A stretch of DNA of 64,000 nucleotides from Macrostomum lignano (taxonomy: Eukaryota), in NCBI GenBank assembly GCA_002269645.1, contig NIVC01001277.1, positions 182,970-246,969 on the forward strand, given 5' to 3'. Positions 41,201 through 53,200 of the stretch are shown here, piece after piece; position 1 is the stretch's first letter; every line of letters starts with the position of its first letter. The notes beneath the pieces are model-generated. The model was not told the origin of the DNA. It saw only the letters and a program-made list of their open reading frames with translations, and searched no databases. A program made the position numbers and the translations under genes.

Positions 41201-44200
41201 ATGTTGGCTAGATTAGCAATCCATTCTATTCCTTCATCAGTGATGTGGGCTAGATTAGCAATCCATTCTATTCCTTCATCAGTGATGTTGGCCAGATTAG
41301 CAATCCATTCTATTCCTTCATCAGTGATGTTGGCTAGACTAGCAATTTATTCTATTCCTTCATCAGTGATGCTGGCTAGATTAGCAATCCATTCTATTCC
41401 TTCATCAGTGATGCTGGCTAGATTAGCAATCCATTCTATTCCTTCATCAGTGATGTTGGCTAGATTAGCAATCCATTCTATTCCTTCATCTGTGATGCTG
41501 GCTAGATTAGCAATCCATTCTATTCCTTCATCAGTGATGTTGGCTAGATTAGCAATCCATACTATTCCTTCATCAGTGATGTTGGCTAGATTAGCAATCC
41601 ATTCTATTCCTTCATCAGTGATGTTGGCTAGACTAGCAATCCATTCTATTCGTTCATCAGTGATGTGGGCTAGATTAGCAATCCATTATATTCCTTCATC
41701 AGTGATGTTGGCTAGATTAGCAATCCATTCTATTCCTTCATCAGTGATGTTGGCTAGACTAGCAATCCATTCTATTCGTTCATCAGTGATGTGGGCTAGA
41801 TTAGCAATCCATTATATTCTTTCATCAGTGATGTTGGCTAGATTAGCAATCCATTATATTCCTTCATCAGTGATGTTGGCTAGACTAGCAATCCATTCTA
41901 TTCGTTCATCAGTGATGTGGGCTAGATTAGCAATCCATTCTATTCCTTCATCAGTGATGTTGGCTAGATTAGCAATCCATTGTATTCCTTCATCAGTGAT
42001 GTTGGCTAGATTAGCAATCCATTCTATTCCTTCATCAGTGATGTTGGCTAGATTAGCAATCCATTGTATTCCTTCATCAGCGATGTTGGCTAGATTAGCA
42101 ATCCATTCTATTCCTTCATCAGTGATGTTGGCTAGATTAGCAATCCATTCTATTCCTTCATCAGTGATGTTGGCTAGATTAGCAATCCATTCTATTCCTT
42201 CATCAGTGATGTTGGCTAGATTAGCAATCCATTCTATTCCTTCATCAGTGATGTTGGCTAGATTAGCAATCCATTCTATTCCTTCATCAGTGATGTTGAC
42301 TAGATTAGCAATCCATTCTATTCCTTCATCAGTGATGTTGGCTAGATTAGCAATCCATTCTATTCCTTCATCAGTGATGTTGGCTAGATTAGCAATCCAT
42401 TCTATTCCTTCATCAGTGATGTTGGCTAGATTAGCAATCCATTCTATTCCTTCATCAGTTATGCTGGCTAGATTAGCAATCCATTCTATTCCTTCATCAG
42501 TGATGTTGGCTAGATTAGCAATCCATTCTATTCCCTCATCAATGATTCTGGCTAAATTAGCAATCCATTCTATTCTCCCATGAATGTAATGCAAAAGCTT
42601 TATAAACAAAGCACAATATAGAAGGACACACTATTAAATATAAAACACAATGGTTGAAAGCAAAGCACAATTAAGAGAGCAATTAAGTACCATTGTCTAA
42701 GAAATCTGGACATGTAGGGGGCAACTTCCATCGGACAGACGAGACCCAACCGGCCAATAGTGATCGCTACAATAGAAAATTGATGGGATAATGACAGGTA
42801 TGTACATTGTATTCGTATCATGTAAAAATAAACTGTATATAAATTTAAATTTACAATAAATAATAGACACAAGTTTTATTAAATATACTTTACTACTAGA
42901 TTAAGCAGTAGTATATCTAAATATTTCTCATGAAAAATACTATACAATTATGAATCAAGTAACGAATGAAAAGTGCTGCTCGTAGAGAGAATTTATGTAG
43001 TTTTTGTGTAATTACGAGCGTATATATAATTATATAACATATTTAAATATATAACTGGAGCAGATACATTGGTTTCGACGTTGCCGATATGTAGAGTAGA
43101 TAACTTTACAGACAGAGAGTCGAAGAAGCGAGAAAGACGTTGCCAATATGTTGTGTAGATAAGTTTACAAACAGCGATTTGGAGTGATTGAAGTCGCCGA
43201 TATGTAGTGTAGACAGCTTTACAGATGGTTAGCGATTTGGAGTGAGAGAAGTCGATGATATGTAGTGTAGATAAATTTACAGATAGCGATTTGGAGTGAG
43301 AGAAAACGCCGATATGTAGTGTAGACAACTTTACAGATAGCGATTCGAAGTGAGAGAAAATGCCGATATGTAGTGTAGACAACTTTACAGATAGCGATTC
43401 GAAGTTAGAGAAAACGCCGATATGTAGTGTAGATAAGTTCACAGACAGTTAGCGACTCGAAGTGAGGGAAGACGCCGATATGTTGTGTATATAAGTTGAC
43501 AGACAGCGAGTTGAAGAGCGAGAGAGAGACGACAGAGACACACCAAAAGGTAATAAAAACAAATAACTAATTAAACGGGACAATTAGTGGGTTGAGTAAT
43601 AAGCAGACAATAATGCCACCACTTAGTTGGCCTCATTAAATACTACTACAACAGAACAGACAGAGGTTGGACTTGTTCTCATTTGGTAGCGTCAGAAATA
43701 TTGGCAGACAAAATAACAAAATAATGAATATAAATAAAAGTACACCTTCCTACCGCAGACAAATTTGCCAATTATTTAAGTTGGCAACCAGCTCACCCGT
43801 ATTCTCCTGCAGAGTCTTGGGCGTATTGGTGCGGTTAATGATGTCAGTCAGCGGGTCTATGATCTTCTCCACGTACGGCTTGATTTCCGAGCCTTAGATT
43901 GGGAGCGGTTCGGGTTTACGGGATGTTTTTATAGTTTTTAGGCTATCAGGATTACCGAGAAGACCAAGACAGTTAGGGAATAAAATCTGATTTGGGGATC
44001 ATAGCAATGGGATCAGGTGAGTTGGGGATCATAACACTGGAATCTGAGGATTTAGGGATCATAGAAATGGGATCAGGTGAGCTGGAATCATAACAATGTA
44101 ATCAGGTGATTTGGGGACCATATCAATGGGATCTGAGGATTTGGGAATCATAACAATGGGATCTGAGGATTTGGTGATCATAACAATGGGATCATTTGAT

Positions 44201-47200
44201 TTAGGGATCATAACAATCGGATCAGCTGATTTAGGGATCATAACAATGGGATCTGAGGATTTAGGGATCATAACAATGGGATCTGAGGATTTAGGGATCA
44301 TAACAATGGGATCAGGTGATTTGGGGATAAATTTCAGACGAATTAGCAGCACAAGAGTACAAACCCAATCGAATGGAGATCTCGCCGATAGCCCAGATAG
44401 CATTATTGCATACGCTGATATTAACTGGATTAAGATTAGCGGCCAGCACCATTAGAAAATTGCCAACAGCTGGTCGCAGCTGATCAAAGCAAGCCTTGCT
44501 AAGATCGCCGAGCAGTGCGAAGGCGCTCTGCCTGACAATGGGTTGCGAGTCCTGCATGCAGTGGTAGAGTAGGTCTAGAATTGGCGAGCCCTGCACCAGT
44601 GGCTGAATCTCCGAGCCCAGGCCTTCGGCAACTCCGCTGAGCAAGTCCAGGCTGACTATCATGAAATCTTTGTCTGGCGCTTCGTTTGCTTCCGGGTTCT
44701 GGAAGTGCAGCTGCTGCTGGCGCAGGGTGGTCTCAACCAGGCGGACGCAACGGCTAAAAGACGGAATGGGGATTTCGGGGAGAATTAGCTAGGATTAGTG
44801 AGCGATACTTGTGTGATTTAGGGATCACGATTCTTGGGATTTGAGGATCCATTTGGGATCATAATTATAGAAATTTAAGGTTCATTTCGATTCATACTTC
44901 TGGTATATCAAGATTTGAGGATCATAATTTTGGGATCTCGTGATTTGGGGATAATAAATCTGGGATCTCGAGATTTGGGGATAATAAATCTGGGATCTCG
45001 AGATTTGGGGATCATTATTATGGGACTTTATGATTTGGGATCATGATTCTGAGATCTTATGATTTGGGGATCATTATTATGGCATTTTATGATTTGGGGA
45101 TCATGATTCTGGGATCTCCAGATCTAGGGATCAAAATTCTGAGATCCGAGTGGTCTTATACACGATCTATTTGCTTTAACCGAACAAAGAGCTAGCCTGG
45201 AATGAAGGCTTGGCGTGCCTACAAGTTGAGTCAATTGCAAGAGCGGGCTCACAAGTGTGCCAAGTTGTCACTAGGCGCAGTACGTATTAAATAATTTATT
45301 AAGCGCATAAAAAGGCGTGTATTTGATCAATATTTGTCAGAGACAAAGTGCATACCGGACAGGCCTAAGCCAACTCGAAAATGCACAACTTTTCCCCCTG
45401 CAACACACCCCAGCCCAAGGGGGATCGAACAAGCCGAAGCGGGACGGCGGGGCGAAGGGATTTAAGGCAACATAGCGAATATCGAATTCAAATTAATCCT
45501 CTCCCCGGCGAGGATAACCCCCTCCCAGTCCAAAAACTCGTTCGGGCCTTATCTGCGAGCAAGAGACGGGACAATAAGGCATGCACTTTTAGACTAGATT
45601 TGGCAAGAAAATGGATAGATAAAGAAAAAGAGCGGGGGAGTTGAGGAATATTGAGAACTGCCCCGCCCAAAATCCATTACTGTATTGAGATGTCCCTTTT
45701 TTAAGAGATATGGGGCAATTAAAACTGAGTAGTTAATTCAGAGAGTGCTAGTTGAACACCCACTCAAATATTCCCATTGTAAGCAAGCATTCAAAGCCTT
45801 CATGTTTATCCTGTCCTTCAAAGCCTATCCTGTCATTTTTTCTGTCCTGAACTCTTCCTCCAGTGTCACTCCCTATCTCCCAGTGTCCCTCCCTATCTCC
45901 CAGTGTCCCTCCCTATCTCCCAGTGTCCCTCCCTATCTCCCAGTGTCCCTCCTTATCTCCCAGTGTCCCTCCCTATCTCCCAGTGTCCCTCCCTATCTCC
46001 CAGTGTCCCTCCCTATCTCCCAGTGTCCCTCCCTATCTCCCAGTGTCCCTCCCTATCTCCTAGTGTCCCTCCCTATCTCCCAGTGTCCCTCCCTATCTCC
46101 CAGTGTCCCTCCTATCTCCCAGTGTCCCTCCCTATCTCCCAGTGTCACTCTCTATATCCCATTGCCACTCCCTATCTCCCATTGTCATTCTCTATCTCCC
46201 AGTGTCACTCCCTATCTTCCAGTGTCACTCATTGATAATGAGAATGAGATGATGAGAACAGGGTGAGACAGATGATCAGAACAGACTGAGATAGATGATG
46301 AGAACAGAGTGAGAGATGATGAGAACAGAGTGAGACAGATAAATGAGAACAGGGTGAGACAGATGATGAGAACAGACTGAGATAGATGATGAGAACAGAG
46401 TGAGAGATAATGAGAACAGTGAGACAGATAAATGAGAACAGGGTGAGACAGATGATGAGAACAGACTGAGATAGATGATGAGAACAGAGTGAGAGATAAT
46501 GAGAACAGTGAGACAGATAATGAGAACAGGGTGAGACAGATGATGAGAACAGACTGAGATAGATGATGAGACCAGAGTGAGAGATGATGAGAACAGGGTG
46601 AGACAGATGATGAGAACAGACTGAGATAGATGATGAGAACAGAGTGAGAGATGATGAGAACAGACTGATATAGATGATGAGAACAGACTGGGTTAGATGA
46701 TGAGAACAGAGTGAGAGATGTTGAGAACAGGGTGAGACAGATGATGAGAACAGACTGAGATAGATGATGAGAACAGAGTGAGAGATGATGAGAACAGACT
46801 GATATAGATGAAGAGAACATACTGAGATAGATAATGAGAACAGAGTGAGACAGGATGAGAACAGGTTGAGACAGATGAAGAGAACATACTGAGATAGATG
46901 AGGAGAGAAGAGGATAGAACTCCCAACTATCAAAAGAAAACAGAGAACAAAGGATGTCATGGTGATTACTCACGCGAACACGGGCCCGCAGTAGGGCAGG
47001 AAGCCAACACCAAGAGCTGTGGCCAAGCTGCTCAAGCACTCCAGCAACGGGAACAGGTCTTTGTCATCGTCGTTAAGACTCTCCCACTTTTGGAACAGCC
47101 TGGGCATCAATAGCTGGACGAATGCCTCCTGGTTGAGATGGGAGCCAACAGAGTCAGCCAGAGTGCCGATGGCATCGTACAGTATTAGCAGATTCTTATG

Positions 47201-50200
47201 CTGATATCGCTGAAAAGCGAACACCAAAGTCTGCACAATATCGCCCAGGTAGGGCACCAGATCGCTGCACGTTTCCTCTTCTAGCGTGGCGAACGCGGAA
47301 CAGGCGGCCTCTTGAACTCGTTTATTAGTGTCCAGAATTCTATTGAGCAATTCGTATAGCAGCGGCTTCAGGCACAGCTCGTGCGGCTGAGTCACAATCC
47401 AGTGAGCATAGCGGGACAGAGTCCAACAGGTGATGGAGCGGACCAGAGGCTTGGCGTGCTGCAGACAGGTGAGCAGTAGCCTAAACAGTTCCGGCAGGTA
47501 GGCCGTGACGCCTTGAAGGCAGCCTTCGGCCACTGCGCCAAGGATGAGTATGCCAGACTCCTTGACATCCCAGCGTTCGCTGAGCAGAGTGTCCTTGAGA
47601 ATGGGCAGCAGGTGCTCAAGCAGCTCGTCGCGGAACACATTAGCTAGAACATCCAGGGCGGCCGCTGAGCACTTCCTGAGATTCCAGCTGCTCAGAATGT
47701 CGTCTCCGCCACCGCCAGAATCGTCAGCGTCGCCAGACTCGGCCAGCAACAGCAGATCCTGCTGCTGCTGTTCCAGCCCGCCAGAGGCGTCGGCATCTTC
47801 GCCGGATCCGCCCCCCGCTGCGCAGTCGTGCAGATGCTGGGATGCCATCTTCGACCGGGTCCTGTGAAACCGAGGCCGGATGTCGCTCTCGCGATCTGGG
47901 ATGTGCGCGTCCTCGCGATTCTCCAATTCTAGCGCCTCGGCGTCGCTTTCTGAGTACTTCATGCCGCGGCAGAGCACCGGGATCAGCTTTGGCAGGTAGG
48001 GCCGCAGCAGCTCCTGACAATTGGGCTGAAATCAATGCGTTGGCGCGGAGTCAGCTTTGCAGGCTCAAGATTAAAGGCACAAGGTCATAGACTGGGTACA
48101 CGGGTCATAGACCGGGGGCACGGGGTCATAGACTGGGTACACGGGTCATAGACCGGGGGCACGGGGTCAGAGACTGGGTACACGGGTCATAGACCGGGGG
48201 CACGGGGTCATTGACCGGGGGACACGGGTCATAGACCGGGGACACGGGGTCATTGACCGGGGGACACGGAGTCATAGACGTGGGACACGGGGTCATAGAC
48301 GGGGGACACGGGGTCATAGACGTGGGACACGGAGTCATAGACGGGGGACACGGGGTCATAGACGTGGGACACGGGGTCATAGACGTGGGACACGGAGTCA
48401 TAGACGGGGGACACGGGGTCATAGACGTGGGACACGGGGTCATAGACGGGGGCACGGTGTCATAGACTGGGTACACGGGGTCATAGAGCTGAACACATGG
48501 GGTCATAAAACAAAGGACACGGGGTCATAATTAAACCGAGAGCCTACCTGATCAGCAATGGCAAGCCAGAGTTCGCAGGCCTCCTGAGCTACAAACTCGT
48601 CGGGATCCTGAGTCCTGAGCAGCATGAACTCTAGTATGCTGGTCATGTAGGGCAGCAGGTAGCCCATACGGGAGTCTACTAGCAGCACCAGTGACGAGCA
48701 GACCTGTTTGCGCACCTCGGTGTCTGTATCCTCAGCTAAACGGAACACGCTTTCCAATAGGCGGTCCAGATATTGCATAGGCGCCTGGGAGTGACCGCCG
48801 ATGAACTGGTTGATGCAGCCTAGGGCCAGGGAGCGAACCTGGAATTGGGGTTGACAAGATGGAGAGGGGAGGTATTACCTGTGAGTCAAGTTAAGAGAAT
48901 AGCACAGGAATTATCAGTGAGTGAAGATCGAGTCAACAGGTATTACTGGCGAGTCAAGATCGAGACAACAGGTATTACCGGTGAGTCAAGATCAAGACAA
49001 CAGGTATTACTGATGAGTGAAGATCGAGACAACAGGTATTACTGGTGAGTGAAGATCGAGACAACAGGTATTACTGATGAGTGAAGATCGAGACAACAGG
49101 TATTACTGATGAGTGAAGATCGAGACAACAGGTATCACTGGTGAGTGAAGATCGAGACAGCAGGTATCACTGGTGAGTGAAGATCGAGACAACAGGTATT
49201 ACTGATGAGTGAAGATCGAGACAACAGGTATTACTGATGAGTGAAGATCGAGACAACAGGTATTACTGATGAGTGAAGATCGAGACAACAGGTATTACTG
49301 ATGAGTGAAGATCGAGACAACAGGTATCACTGGTGAGTGAAGATCGAGACAGCAGGTATCACTGGTGAGTGAAGATCGAGACAACAGGTATCACTGGTGA
49401 GTGAAAATCGAGACAATGGGTATTACCGGTGAGTCAAGATCGAGACAACAGGTATCACTGGTGAGTGAAAATCGAGACAATGGGTATTACCGGTGAGTGA
49501 AGATTGAGACAACAGGTACTACCAGTGTGTGAAGATCGAGACAACAGGTATCACCAGCAGTAAAGATCGAGACAACAGGTATCACCGGTGAGACAGCAGG
49601 AATCACCGGTGAGTGAAGGTCGAGACAACAGGTATCACCGGTGAGACAGCAGGAATCACCGGTGAGTGAAGGTCGAGACAACAGGTATCACCGGTGAGAC
49701 AGCAGGTATCACCGGTGAGTGAAGGTCGAGACAACAGGTATCACCGGTGAGCTGAGATCCCCTCCCAAAACTACAGAAAGATGCTCACCTTCGCATTGCG
49801 ATGCCCAGTAAACTCGATAAACTTCGGTATAAGAATGCCAAGCGGCTGCGACACGGGCGTATCCTCCAGCAGCTGTTTGGAATCTTCACAAATTTTGTGC
49901 ATAGCGCTGAACGAACCTTCGACTAAGAATTCGTCTCCGGAGTCTAGGCTAGCAACCAGATGAGGCATGAGCTCGGGCCATGCCTCGAGCCGGGCCTTGG
50001 ACACCATGGTGGTGATGATAGTGCCAACAGTGGCCCGGATCATTGCGGAGCGGTCGCCAAGACAGGCAAGACAGGCTCGCTTGACGCATTCCAGCACTTC
50101 GGCAGGATAGAGCTGGTAGTGATTCTTGATGTTGTTCTTCAGGATAAGGCCGGCCATAGAGCGGTTGGTCTCATCTGGATGGGCAATTGGATTCAAGGTG

Positions 50201-53200
50201 CCAGTTCATAATCATTTTTATCCTTTAAACTTAAAACTCAAATCCCAAATCCTTAAAACCCCCATTCCCAAATCTTTAAAATCCCATTCCCAACTCCTTA
50301 AAATCCCAGGCCCTAAACCTTAAAATCTTAGGCCTTAATCCTTAAAATCCCAGGCCCTAATCTTTAAAATCTCAGTCCCTAATCCTTAAAATCCCATTCC
50401 CAACTCTTTAAAATCCCAGGCCCTAATCCTTAAAATCCCAAGCCCTAATCCTTAAAATCTCAGTCCCTAATCTTTAAAATCCTAGGCCCTAATCCTTAAA
50501 ATCTCAGTCCCTAATCCTTAAAATCCCAGGCCCTAATCCTTAAAATCCCAAGCCCTAATCCTTAAAATCCTAGGCCCTAATCCTTAAAATCCCAAGCCCT
50601 AATCCTTAAAATCCTAGGCCCTAATCCTTAAAATCCCAAGCCCTAATCCTTAAAATCCTAGGCCCTAATCCTTAAAATCCCAAGCCATGCTTGGGCGCAA
50701 CCTAGGGATTCACCCGGCTGTTTCTATTGGCAACACACACATGTAAGTCGCTATTGGCGGAGAGCAGTCACGTGAGTACTATTCCGTCCAATAGCGACTT
50801 ACATATGTGTGTTGCCAATAGAAACGGCCGAGGGATTCCCAAGGTTGCGCATTTATGTCCCAAGCCCTAATCCTTAAAATCCCAAGCCCTAATCCTTAAA
50901 ATCTCAGTCCCTAATCCTTAAAATCCTAGGCCCTAATCCTTAAAATCCCAAGCCCTAATCCTTAAAATCCCAAGCCCGAATCCTTAAAATCACAATTCTA
51001 AAATCTTAAAATCCAATACCCAGATCTTTGAAAATCCCAATTCTAAATTCTGAAAGCCTCATTCATAAATTATTGAAAAACCAAGTGTCAAGACTTTTTT
51101 TAATTCTTGAAAACACACTCTTTTCCCGGTAACTATTGAATGATAGAACATCTTATAGTATATACATAATCCTAACTCTATCTACCCCACTAATAATATA
51201 TATCAAAGGTATTGAACAATTATAATAGAAAATTACCTTGTGTTGGCAACTGAAGAATGAATGCCAAATAATTGTTAAAGTCAGGAATCTGATTTAAGTC
51301 ATTGAGTTTCTAAAATAAAAATTATATATGAGATACAATATGAATGTAGTTTTTATATAAGAATAAATATTATTTTGACTTGGCATAACTTAAAAGAAGC
51401 AATTTTTACAAAAAATCTATACTACTTTACTTTTTGTTTTTTTATATATTAGTATTTTATACTTTTAAGCACTATTGCTTTTTGTTCTACACAAATATTT
51501 AAAAGTTAGAATTTATGTAAATGAAGATAATATACTATTATTCTCTTCATTATAAGTAAAGTAACTTGATAGAGTAGTGCTAATATAATTTTAAATATAA
51601 TCATAACAATAAAAGTAATAATGACAAAAGTGACATCTATGGACAAAGGATATTAATTTATGAATAGAATAAGGTATTCACATATTTTTTAAGTCAAGGT
51701 TTTTTAAGATTTTTATAATATTTTCATCTAGGTGCCTTTAGGTAGAAAAGAGTATAGTTAATAGGGTTGTAAATTCCTTTTTTGGTGAAAACTCCCATGT
51801 GGATAGGCTTTTGAATATTTATATTGCCAACATTTCTATCAACATGTAGTTGCGCACTTAGTGGGCACAACAAATTGTGTCCATTGTGTGGCATTGGCAT
51901 GCCACATGCAGTATGCAGCAATGTAATGAGAAACAATTGATAGTGCAGCTTATCAATCACAACCAAATAGAAAATCAATTAAACTGAATGAACAGTTGTT
52001 AACATAGATATATTTTTTGTTTTCCTAATAAAGTAAATATTTTTCTATTTCAAAAAAGTTTAATAATTTTATGATATAGTAAATATACATTTTTTTGTTT
52101 TGGTAAACTGTTTATTTTAAAAAATTCTATGATAGAGTTCTATAAATGCAAGGCAAAAATTATATCTCAGAACAATTTTTCTTTGTATATGTATTAATTC
52201 CATTAATGGCATTGCAAATTTGATTCATTGTTTTTGAATGTTAGTCTTGCTGAATAATGTATTTGATGAAATTGATATAATGTCTAAATGATTATAAATT
52301 ACTCTAAAGAATATCGTATCATATATGTGTAATAAATATAATTGTTACAATTGCAAAAAGGTCCTTTATTGTTGCAACTGCAAAAAAGGTCCTTTAATAT
52401 AGCAACATCTCATAGACCACTACATGTAAAGCATAACTTGCTGGTCATGCACAACTTCCATGGTAGCTGAAAAATAGTTCTGTACAGCCAACATATCTAG
52501 GAGATTATGGAATACAACTAATTAATAATATAAAACAAACATGAATATTTATACCTATCTTATAAATAGCCAAACATGATATAGAAAATCAACTTTAAAA
52601 TGTTTTATACATTATTGCATAAATATCAAATTCAATTGTTTAATTTAGTGACATTCAATTATTAATGTCACTAAATATTTTAAAAACATTACAAAACTAT
52701 AATATTGCTTTGATAAATAAAAATTATATTTTGCTTAATCTCTAGTTTTTTCTATGAGCCCCTCTTAATTCCAAGTTTTTCTAGGTTGCACTTAGCCTAA
52801 AATATATTCACTACTAGTACAACACTAATTCTCACATAAGAATTTTTTATATTTTAACTAAACTGAGATATTTACTAGAATATATCACAATAATCCCATA
52901 GTCAGGAAGGTGGCACAGTGTGCGCTGGAATAAATTTTTTGGGACAATCTGTGCGCCATCTATGTGCCATTTGTATGCTATGCGCCATGTCTATGCCCTT
53001 ATTTTATGTATTTTACAACAAATTTACAAAATTCTTAGAATTCATGCAGACTCAATATGCTATGCCAGTTTTATGCTAATAAAGATTCTATTCTGATTCC
53101 TTATATACCAAGTTGTGCATAGCACCGCATATGTCAAAGACCTTATGCACCGCATGCACTGCAATTATGTGCCGCATGCGCTAGGGACCTCAGTGTGCAT

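Noticed and set aside
40442-42609. 713-aa and 251-aa ORFs ([14 protein letters not shown] / [14 protein letters not shown] repeats)
   Set aside because: These are translations of a 42-bp intronic minisatellite whose period is a multiple of 3; they lie inside transportin intron 8.
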